Origin: Thermoplasmata archaeon
Lineage (GTDB): Archaea > Thermoplasmatota > E2 > JACPAO01 > JAHFTW01
DNA: 64,000 bases
NCBI GenBank assembly: GCA_034667725.1
Contig: JAXDQS010000003.1
Location: forward strand, 320,001 to 384,000
Direction: 5' to 3'
Shown: positions 45,478 through 53,181 of the stretch, one piece after another
Layout: every line of letters starts with the position of its first letter
Numbering within the stretch: the stretch's first letter is position 1
Notes under the pieces: generated by a model
The model's database searches: none
The model's input: the letters and a program-made list of their open reading frames with translations, nothing else
Told to the model about the DNA's origin: nothing
Translations under genes and position numbers: made by a program

Positions 45478-46092
45478 TCACCAGGCGCCCTCCTCGGGAT
45501 GCTTGACGGTGACGTCCTCGCCGTCGCGCAGGGCGACGTACTGCTCGGGCTCCTTGTTGTCCTTGCGCATGGGATGGCCGGTCCAGTCGGACGGAAGGAA
45601 CATGCGGCGCAGGTCGGGGTGGCCCTCGAACCGGATGCCGTACATGTCGAACATCTCGCGCTCCTGCCAGTCGGCGGCAGGGAACAGCGACACGAGGCTG
45701 GGGACGACCGGCTCGACGACGGCGTTGGTGGCGGCGTCCTTCTTGGGGACCGTCACCCGCAGGCGCAGCTCGGCGAACTCGGCGGGGGCGGCCGCGAGCT
45801 TGACGAAGGCGTACAGGACGCCGAAGTGGTCGCCGCGGTCGTAGCCGGAGAGCAGCGACAGGATGCGGTAGCCCATGGCCTTGGCCTCGGCGGCCACGGC
45901 GAACAGGCCGTCGGGCGAAACGTGCAGCACGCCCACGCCGTCCTGCAGCACCTCGTAGCGGACCACGTCGGGCGCGTGCGCGTCGCGCAGCATCGCGTGG
46001 TCGCCGGTGGGCTCGGGGGCGGGCGGGGGCGGCGGGGCGGCGGGCTTGGCCGCGGGCGGGGGGGCAGCGGCGGGGGCGGGGGTGTCGGCCAT
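45478..46092 (-). CDS. nuoC: Subunit C
   Basis: [32 protein letters not shown]; Pro/Ala-rich N-terminus. Confidence 0.93.
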   Translation of the reverse strand: MADTPAPAAAPPPAAKPAAPPPPPAPEPTGDHAMLRDAHAPDVVRYEVLQDGVGVLHVSPDGLFAVAAEAKAMGYRILSLLSGYDRGDHFGVLYAFVKLAAAPAEFAELRLRVTVPKKDAATNAVVEPVVPSLVSLFPAADWQEREMFDMYGIRFEGHPDLRRMFLPSDWTGHPMRKDNKEPEQYVALRDGEDVTVKHPEEGAW

Positions 46093-46634
46093 CAGAACCC
46101 GAGCTCCAAGGCGTTGTTCTGGTCGCGGATTTTCGCCTGCAGCTTCTGGAGGCCGTCCAGGAGGGCCTCGGGGCGCGGCGGGCAGCCGGGGATGTAGACG
46201 TCGACGGGGATGATCTTGTCCACGCCCTTCACGACGAAGTAGGAGTCCTGGTAGGGGCCGCCGTTGGTGGCGCAAGCACCCATGGCGATGACGTACTTCG
46301 GGTCGGCCATCTGGTCGTAGAGGACCTTGATGCGGGGCGCCATCTTCTTGGTGACCGTGCCGGGGACGATCATGAGGTCGCATTGGCGGGGGCTGGCGCG
46401 GCTGACCTCGGAGCCGAAGCGGCTCATGTCGAAGGTGCTGCCCTGGGTGCCGATCATCTCGATGGCGCAGCAGGCCAGGCCGAAGGTGAAGGGCCAGAGC
46501 GAGTTGCTGCGGCCCCAGTTGAAGATCTTGGACGCCACCGTCATGATGACGCCCTCGCGCTGCTCCTCGACCACGATGGGGATGCGCTCGTCGAGGCGGG
46601 ACGGCTCGTAGGCGGGCACGTCCATGGCGTTCAT
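46092..46634 (-). CDS. nuoB: Subunit B
   Basis: [33 protein letters not shown]. Confidence 0.96.
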   Translation of the reverse strand: MNAMDVPAYEPSRLDERIPIVVEEQREGVIMTVASKIFNWGRSNSLWPFTFGLACCAIEMIGTQGSTFDMSRFGSEVSRASPRQCDLMIVPGTVTKKMAPRIKVLYDQMADPKYVIAMGACATNGGPYQDSYFVVKGVDKIIPVDVYIPGCPPRPEALLDGLQKLQAKIRDQNNALELGF

Positions 46635-46975
46635 TCGAGCACCCGCCAGCCCAGTAGCTTCTTGCGGATTTCGTAGAGGAACCCGACCAGGATCAAGGAG
46701 ACGAAGACGGCGATGGCGAGGATGGGGGCCCAGCCGAGGTCGCGGAACTTGATCGCGAACGGGATGAGGAACATCGCCTCGACGTCGAAGATGAGGAACG
46801 TCAGGACGTACATGTAGTACTGGACGTCGATGGGGCCGCGGGCGCCGGGGGTCGCCTTCTCGCCGCACTCGTAGGTGCTGACCTTGCCCACCGACGCGCG
46901 CTTGGGGCCGAGGAACTTGTTGCCCACCAGGGTGAGGAACACCAGGAGGAACGCGACAAGGCCGAGGATGGCCAT
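46631..46975 (-). CDS. nuoA: Subunit A (start may be slightly upstream)
   Basis: K.STYECG, YY....FLIFDVE. Confidence 0.92.
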   Translation of the reverse strand: MAILGLVAFLLVFLTLVGNKFLGPKRASVGKVSTYECGEKATPGARGPIDVQYYMYVLTFLIFDVEAMFLIPFAIKFRDLGWAPILAIAVFVSLILVGFLYEIRKKLLGWRVLE

Positions 46976-47114
46976 CGGCAGGTACGTCAGGGCCTCGTTC
47001 GCCGTATTTGAACCCCCTTCGGGCGCGGCCAAAGTGGGGTGGGTTATAGCCGCTTGGATGGCGTGTTTCCAGAGGAAGGACACGTTCATGGACGGCGGCG
47101 GCGTCGGCGCCGCG

Positions 47115-48161
47115 ATGGCCGACCCGCTCGCATCGAGGCTGCGCGCGGCCATCCGCCAGCAAGGCCCCATGCCGTTCTCCGCGTGGATGGAAGCCTGCCT
47201 GCACGACCCCGCCGACGGCTTCTACACCCGCGGCGGCGTGACCGGCTCCGGGCCCGACCGGCACTTCACCACCAGCCCGGCCTTGCACCCGTTCTTCGGC
47301 GCGGCCGTCGCCATGGAGGCCGCCGCCGCGTGGCGCGCGCTTGGCCAGCCCGACCCGTTCGAGGTGGTCGAGTTCGGCGGCGGCGAGGGCGGGCTGGCCC
47401 GCGCGGCGCTCGCCTGGCTGGACGCGCACGAGCCCGCCCTGGCCGCCCGGACGCGCTGGCTGCACGCGGAGCGCAGCCCGGCGCACAGGGCGATGCAGGC
47501 GGCCGGCGGCGACCCGCGCGTGGGCGCCGGCGACGGCGGCGTGGCCGGCCGGAGCGTGTTCGTGGTGGCCAACGAGTTCGTGGACGCGCTGCCGTTCGAG
47601 TGGCTGGAGCGCGCGGCCGACGGCGCGGGCTGGTCGCGCGTCTGCGTCGGCGTGGGCGCGGACGGCGGCTTCCGCGAGGCGCTGGAGCCGTGCCCGCCGC
47701 CCGGCGTGCCCAACGTGGCGCCGGGGACGCGGTGCGCCGTGATGCGGGAGGCGGCCCGTTGGCTGGAAGGGTTGGCGCAGGCGCGGCGCGTGGTGGCGCT
47801 GGTGGTGGACTACGGCGAGCGCGGCCAGCGGCTATGGGACGGGTCGCGGCCGGACGGGACCGTGCGCGGCTACCGCGGCCACGCCTTCGCGCCGGTGCTT
47901 GCGGCGCCGGGGGAGGCCGACATCACGGCGTCGGTGGACTTCTCGTTCCTGCGCCAGGCGGCGGAGGCGGCGGGGCTGGCCGAGGCGTCGTTCGAGACGC
48001 AGGAGGCGTTCCTGCTGCGGCACGGCATCCTGGATGAATTGAACCGGACGGAGCGCGCCACGATGGAGGGGGCGTCGTCCTACCTGCGGCTGCGCCAGCT
48101 GCTATTGCCGACCGGGATGGGGACGGCGTTCAAGGTGGCGCGGTACGTCAAGCAGACCTAG
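47115..48161 (+). CDS. SAM-dependent methyltransferase, MidA/NDUFAF7 family
   Basis: [63 protein letters not shown]. Confidence 0.9.
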   Translation: MADPLASRLRAAIRQQGPMPFSAWMEACLHDPADGFYTRGGVTGSGPDRHFTTSPALHPFFGAAVAMEAAAAWRALGQPDPFEVVEFGGGEGGLARAALAWLDAHEPALAARTRWLHAERSPAHRAMQAAGGDPRVGAGDGGVAGRSVFVVANEFVDALPFEWLERAADGAGWSRVCVGVGADGGFREALEPCPPPGVPNVAPGTRCAVMREAARWLEGLAQARRVVALVVDYGERGQRLWDGSRPDGTVRGYRGHAFAPVLAAPGEADITASVDFSFLRQAAEAAGLAEASFETQEAFLLRHGILDELNRTERATMEGASSYLRLRQLLLPTGMGTAFKVARYVKQT

Positions 48162-48183
48162 GCGGAAAGGGTGCGCCGTCAGG

Positions 48184-48275
48184 CGCCGCCGCTGGCCGAA
48201 GGCCGCGGCGATGCGTGGGTCGGCCGCGGAGCGGTGCCGACCCGCGAAGGGGTCCTAGGGGGCGGAGCCCCCTAG
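48184..48275. repeat. Intergenic element of three consecutive GNA-triloop hairpins
   Basis: GGCC-GAA-GGCC, GGGTCGGC.CGC-GGA-GCG..GCCGACCC, CTAGGGGGC-GGA-GCCCCCTAG between convergent genes. Confidence 0.75.
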
Positions 48276-48688
48276 ACTGGAATCAGTTGCCGCACCTTGT
48301 AGTGCATCCGCTGGCACAATTTCTCCAGCTTGTGCCGCAGCTGGGCGAAGTCGAAGTCCACCTTGTCGTAGGTGAGCTTCAAGAGTTGCGACTGGCGCTC
48401 GTAGGCCGTGCGCTCCCAGATGGTGCCGACGCGGTAGGCTTCGTCGCGGGGCCGCAGGTCGGGGGCCAGCTCGACCGTGTCGGAGGCGCCGCGCTCGAAC
48501 AGGGTCTCGTGGACGAGGACGGTGCGGTCGGGCTCGTCCACCTCGAACTGGAGGCGGTAGCGCAGCAGGCGGAGGTGGCCGGCCTCGCGTTGCGCCACCG
48601 TCCACTCGGCGGTGAGGCGGTCCTTGTCCCGCCGCGGCTCGGCGCCGCAGGCTTGGGCCCAATCGGCAAGCGCGGACCAGACGTCCAT
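48272..48688 (-). CDS. Hypothetical protein
   Basis: 138-aa ORF with host-like codon usage; no recognised motif. Confidence 0.7.
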   Translation of the reverse strand: MDVWSALADWAQACGAEPRRDKDRLTAEWTVAQREAGHLRLLRYRLQFEVDEPDRTVLVHETLFERGASDTVELAPDLRPRDEAYRVGTIWERTAYERQSQLLKLTYDKVDFDFAQLRHKLEKLCQRMHYKVRQLIPV

Positions 48689-48793
48689 GGCGAGAGCGTT
48701 GTTTCTTCGGGGTGGTTGATATTGGTTCCGGCGCAGGGGTGGAACGGCCGAACCAAAAGCGAAGGAAGGAGGGGAAAAAGGGGGCTGGCGGGC

Positions 48794-49540
48794 TCAGGCG
48801 CCGTAGAGGGCGCGGATGCCCAGGATGTCGCCGTCGCCCAAGGTGCGCTTCATGGTCTCGCCGTTGTTGGCGTAGGCGTACATCGTGAGGCAGCCGATGC
48901 CGGACCCGCTCGGGTGGTCGAGGCCGAAGGTGTGGCCGACCTCGTGGGTGGCGATGTTCAGGACGTCCATGGCGCCGGCGCGGCCGTCGGTGGCCCACGT
49001 GTAGTAGGTGTTGTACTGCCCGTCCGACTCGACGGCCTGGCCGGTGAAGCGGTTGTACCAGGTCGTGGTCACGGCGATGGTGGTCGAGGCGCCGAGCGAC
49101 ACGAAGTCGAGCTGGTTGGCGCCGTCGTAGGTGCCGGCGGCGCCGCGGGAGCCGGAGGTGATGCCGCCGAAGATGGCGGCGCCGGTGGCGGCGTCCCAGG
49201 CCTGGCCGGCCGCGTTGAACAGGCTGGCCTGCGACGAGGCGGTGGCGGAGTAGGGGGAGCTCCACTTCCACGGGGCCGCGCGGTAGCTGGTCGAGGCGCA
49301 GTCGGTGCCGGGGCTGCCACCTCCGCCGCCGGGCTTGGCCTTGGCGCCGGCGTGGTGGTACACGCGCTCGAAGGCGATGGCGTCGTTGTCGGTGCGGAGG
49401 CCGGTCTCCCACGCCAGCCGGCCGTCGCCGTCGAAGGCCTGGTCGGTGACGCGGTCGGAGCCGCGGCCTTCAGGGGGGACGGCGCCGACGGGGAGGGCGA
49501 TCGCGAGGGCAAAGAGCAATGCAAGCAGGGTCGCGCGCAT
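48794..49540 (-). CDS. Secreted matrixin-family (M10-like) metzincin protease
   Basis: Signal peptide; HEVGHTFGLDH and Met-turn TMY; L..GDI.GI..LYG. Confidence 0.9.
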   Translation of the reverse strand: MRATLLALLFALAIALPVGAVPPEGRGSDRVTDQAFDGDGRLAWETGLRTDNDAIAFERVYHHAGAKAKPGGGGGSPGTDCASTSYRAAPWKWSSPYSATASSQASLFNAAGQAWDAATGAAIFGGITSGSRGAAGTYDGANQLDFVSLGASTTIAVTTTWYNRFTGQAVESDGQYNTYYTWATDGRAGAMDVLNIATHEVGHTFGLDHPSGSGIGCLTMYAYANNGETMKRTLGDGDILGIRALYGA

Positions 49541-49633
49541 CTGGGCCGGCACGGACAAGGTTGGTGCAAGGGCGTGGCGGTGGCGGCAACGCCCAAGTGG
49601 GCCCATGCGCCCGGTTTGGCTGCCCAGTTCTGT

Positions 49634-50803
49634 TCAAGGCGCCGGCGTGAAGCGGCCGACTTGGTATTGCGCCGACTTGATGGAGGGGTCCACGAGCGCG
49701 TAGGCAGGCGCCAGCGCCGCGTCCAGGGTCGGGTCGCCGGAGCGCACGAGGGCGGTGGGCAGTGGGTCGCCGGTCTCGGGCGTGTAGGTCCCCGTGAGCA
49801 CCGGCTGGGCCGTGGCCGCGATGGTCTTGGCGACTATCTTGAGCACCAGCTCCTTGCCGGCGGACTGGTGGTCGGGCAGGCCGAGGCCGTTGATGCCGTT
49901 CGGGTAGAGCCCGGGCGCGCCGGGGTCGGGCGTGCGGAACGTGCCGCGGAAGGGAACGGCGTACATCGTGACCGGGATGCCCTGCGCGGCCAGCGTCGCC
50001 TGGAGCTGGGTGCCGTGGTCCGGCGGGACGATGGGGTCGGCGGCCTCGTAGAGCAGGTAGGCGCGGGCCAGGCCGGCGCCGGCCCAGGCCGTCGGGTTGA
50101 GCGCCGGCGACGACGCGACCAGGTCGGCCTCGCGGCCGGCGTAGGCGGCGGCCACGGCGTTCACCAGCGTGATGCCGGCGAGGCAGGCGTTGTTGGAGGT
50201 GGTGACGGTGGGGTCCTTGCACGGGTCGGGCGCCAGCGGGGCGGTGGCCTCGCTCCAGCCGTAGCTCGCGCCGTACACGACGCCGCCGGGCACGAGGGTG
50301 GCGAGCAGCTCGGGGATGTTGCTGGGGCCGACGTCATCGACCAGGTAGTCGGCGAGGCCCGGGTTCTGCATGATGGCCAGCGCGGAGATGTGGCCACCCA
50401 TCGAGGTGCCCCACAGCACGACGCGCGTCAGGTTGGGGCATTGGGCCTGGAAGTCGTGCACGGCGGCGGCCACGTCCTGGGCGCCAGTGAACACCTTGTA
50501 TTCTGTGCTAAGGCCACGGTAGTCCATCGCGACCGCGACGGCGCCGGCGCGCGACAGGGTGGTGAGGGTGCTGCCCATGGTGGATGCCTTGCCGCCGTAG
50601 CCGTGGTTGACCAGGACGAGGGTGTCGCCCAGGTTGGTGGGCCAGGCGTAGAGGCCGGCGGCGGACTGGCCTGCGACCTCCACGTCGTAGGGCTGGGCGA
50701 CGTTGGAGCCGACGCCGAAGCAGCTGACGGCGGTCGAGGCCGACGAGGGCGGAGCGAGCAAGGGCGCAAGTGCTAGCACGGCAAGGATGGGAGCGAACCG
50801 CAT
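49634..50803 (-). CDS. Secreted alpha/beta hydrolase
   Basis: Signal peptide; HGYG, MDYRG, nucleophile GTSMGG, D.IVP. Confidence 0.85.
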   Translation of the reverse strand: MRFAPILAVLALAPLLAPPSSASTAVSCFGVGSNVAQPYDVEVAGQSAAGLYAWPTNLGDTLVLVNHGYGGKASTMGSTLTTLSRAGAVAVAMDYRGLSTEYKVFTGAQDVAAAVHDFQAQCPNLTRVVLWGTSMGGHISALAIMQNPGLADYLVDDVGPSNIPELLATLVPGGVVYGASYGWSEATAPLAPDPCKDPTVTTSNNACLAGITLVNAVAAAYAGREADLVASSPALNPTAWAGAGLARAYLLYEAADPIVPPDHGTQLQATLAAQGIPVTMYAVPFRGTFRTPDPGAPGLYPNGINGLGLPDHQSAGKELVLKIVAKTIAATAQPVLTGTYTPETGDPLPTALVRSGDPTLDAALAPAYALVDPSIKSAQYQVGRFTPAP

Positions 50804-50859
50804 CGCGCGGCAAGGCGGACACCCTCGGAATAAGGATGAGTGGACGTTCTTGTCCATTC

Positions 50860-52608
50860 TCACCAAGCGTACACGACGCTCGTGGCCGTGGCGCCCTGGC
50901 CCGACACTGCCGTGAACACGACCTGCGTCCCCTTGGGCGCGTTGACGCTGCGGGCCCAGGTGCCCCAGTCGGTGCGGGGCAGGTCGTAGGCCGTGGCGCC
51001 GACCGTCGCCGTCACCTTGGCGACCGGCTCGCTGGCGGACACGGTGACCTCGACCCACCAGGCGTTGCCCATCCCCTTGGGCGTGAAGGTGGGCGCGAAC
51101 GGCCCGGCCGGCGCGGGCGCGGGCGCGGGCCCGAGCCACGCCATGGGCTCCGACGCCGCGGCCTGGCCTTGGGCGTTGGCCGCCGTGAACGCCATCATGG
51201 TGCCGCGCACGGCGTGGAAGCTCGCGGCCCACGTGCCCCAGCTGGTCTTCGCGAGCGCGTGGACGACGCCGTCCGCGACGGCGTCCACGCGCACGGGGTC
51301 GCCGCCTTGCACCCGGACGTCCACCCACCACTCGTTGGAGCCGGAGGACACGGTGAAGGCGGGCGGCCAGCCCGTCGTGCCGCCCACGGCCACCGTGCCC
51401 GGGCAGGTCCGGGCGAGCAGGCGGTCGGCGCGCACCAGGCCATGGCCGTAGGTGTCGTCGCGGCCGGCGGCCCCCAGGTCCTCGGCGCTTGCCTGCAGGT
51501 GGCCGACGAGGGTCGCGGCGTCGAGCGTGGGCGCGCACGCCAGCGCGAGCGCCACGGCGCCGGCCACGTGCGGCGCGGAGTAGCTGGTGCCGCCGCCGGA
51601 GCCGTAAGCGCTGCCGGGCCGCAGCACGTCGATGTTCACGCCGGGGGCGACGAAGTCGAGCTGCGGGCCGCGGTTCGACCACGACGCCACCGTCTTGCTG
51701 GCGTCCACGGCGCCGATGGCGAGGGCGTTCGGGTCGGAGGCGGGGTACTTGATGCCGACCTGGCCGTTGTTGCCGGAGCCGGCCACGACCACGACGCCGC
51801 GGTCGCGGGCGTACTTGATGGCGGCCGCCGTCGTCGAGTCGCTGGAGGTGGCGGCCAGGCTGAGGTTGATCACCTTGGCACCTTGGTCGGTGGCGTCCGT
51901 GACGGCGCGCGCCACGTTGGCCATCGAGCCGGTGCAGGCGCCCGTCGACGCGTCCCGGGCCGTCACCTTGAGCGGCAGCAGCGTGGCTTGGGCGATGCCG
52001 GCCAGCCCGACGCCGTTGTTGGTGGTCGCCGCCACGATGCCGGCCACCGCGGTGCCGTGGCCGCAGTCGTCCTCCGGCGTGCCGTCGCGGTGGACGTAGT
52101 CGTAGCCGACCAGCACGCGCGACGCCGCCAGATCCGGGTGGGCCCGGTCGAGGCCGGAGTCGATCACCGCCACCTTGACGCTGGCCGCGCCGTAGCCCGC
52201 GCCGCCGTCCCAGGCCGCGGGGACGCCCATCAAGCGCGGCCCGTACTGGTTCGGGTAGCGCGGGTCGTTGGGGGTCGCAAGGGCCTCCGCGACCCCGTCC
52301 GGCTCGGCGTAGCGCACCTCCGGGCGCTCCTGGAGGTCGCGGCGCGCGGCGGCCGGGTCGGCGTCGCGGTCCAGCTCGACCACGACGGCGTCGAGGGCAG
52401 GCAGGGCCGCAACGACGCGGTGGCCGTGCAGCGTGCCGCCCTCGGCCACCATGGCGTGGCGCTGCAGGCCGACCACCAGAAGGGCGGAAGGGGCGTCTGG
52501 GCGGGCCCGGCCTGCGTCGTCCTGGGGATGGACCGCGACCGCGACCAGCGAGGCCGCCAGCAGCATCCCGACCCAGACCGCCCCCTCGCCCCGACGCACA
52601 GCTGCCAT
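50860..52608 (-). CDS. Secreted subtilisin-like S8 protease with duplicated C-terminal Trp-rich domains
   Basis: VAVIDSG, HGTAVAG, GSGNNG, GTSYSAPHVAG catalytic motifs; two N.WW...WGTW repeats. Confidence 0.92.
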   Translation of the reverse strand: MAAVRRGEGAVWVGMLLAASLVAVAVHPQDDAGRARPDAPSALLVVGLQRHAMVAEGGTLHGHRVVAALPALDAVVVELDRDADPAAARRDLQERPEVRYAEPDGVAEALATPNDPRYPNQYGPRLMGVPAAWDGGAGYGAASVKVAVIDSGLDRAHPDLAASRVLVGYDYVHRDGTPEDDCGHGTAVAGIVAATTNNGVGLAGIAQATLLPLKVTARDASTGACTGSMANVARAVTDATDQGAKVINLSLAATSSDSTTAAAIKYARDRGVVVVAGSGNNGQVGIKYPASDPNALAIGAVDASKTVASWSNRGPQLDFVAPGVNIDVLRPGSAYGSGGGTSYSAPHVAGAVALALACAPTLDAATLVGHLQASAEDLGAAGRDDTYGHGLVRADRLLARTCPGTVAVGGTTGWPPAFTVSSGSNEWWVDVRVQGGDPVRVDAVADGVVHALAKTSWGTWAASFHAVRGTMMAFTAANAQGQAAASEPMAWLGPAPAPAPAGPFAPTFTPKGMGNAWWVEVTVSASEPVAKVTATVGATAYDLPRTDWGTWARSVNAPKGTQVVFTAVSGQGATATSVVYAW

Positions 52609-52719
52609 TGGCCCGCCCAGGTCCAAGCCACGCCGCTCCGGGCGGCCGAAGGGTGGCCCCCGGGAAGCCCGGCCGCCTTCGGGATGGGTCCGTGGAACCG
52701 GCGGGTCAGCAGCTCGACG

Positions 52720-53064
52720 GCTCACTCCGTCAAACCGCTTCGATGCCCCTTCCGTCTACGGACGGAAGGCCCGGCGCCGCCCTCCGGGCGTGCCTGCACC
52801 CGAGCGACCACGGTCGCTTCGCTGCGCATCGCTCTCATGAATCGCTCAGGTGCCCCTTCCGGCCTGCGGCCGGAAGGTCCGCCGCGGCCCTTCGGGCCTG
52901 GCTGCATCGAACCGGTCGCCGCCCGTTCGCTTCGCTCACTCCGTCAAACCGCTTCGATGCCCCTTCCGGCCTCACGGCCAGAAGGCCCGGCGCCGCCCTG
53001 CGGGCGTGCCTGCATCGAAGCGACCGCCGTCGCTCGCTCCGCTCGCTTCGTCAAGCCTCTTCGA
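52720..53064 (-). repeat. Tandem array of three 107-bp structured units plus a partial fourth, abutting tRNA-Gly 3' end
   Basis: TGC anchors at 52744, 52851, 52958 and 53065 (exact 107-nt spacing); each unit has conserved hairpins. Confidence 0.9.
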
Positions 53065-53135
53065 TGCACCGTGCGGGATTTGAACCCACGCTGGCGGCTT
53101 GGAAGGCCGAAGTCATACCCCTAGACCAACGGTGC
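53065..53135 (-). tRNA. tRNA-Gly(TCC), no encoded CCA
   Basis: GCACCGT acceptor pairs with ACGGTGC-A; D arm TGGTCTAGGGGTATGA; anticodon arm CGGC-CTTCCAA-GCCG; T loop GGTTCAAATCC. Confidence 0.96.
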
Positions 53136-53181
53136 GCGGGCGGCGCGACTCAAGCGGTCGCCATAAACCACACGGCCGTGC

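Noticed and set aside
52720-53064. Prophage/ICE attachment site or CRISPR at tRNA-Gly
   Set aside because: No integrase and no long duplication of the tRNA 3' end; units are homologous along their whole length.
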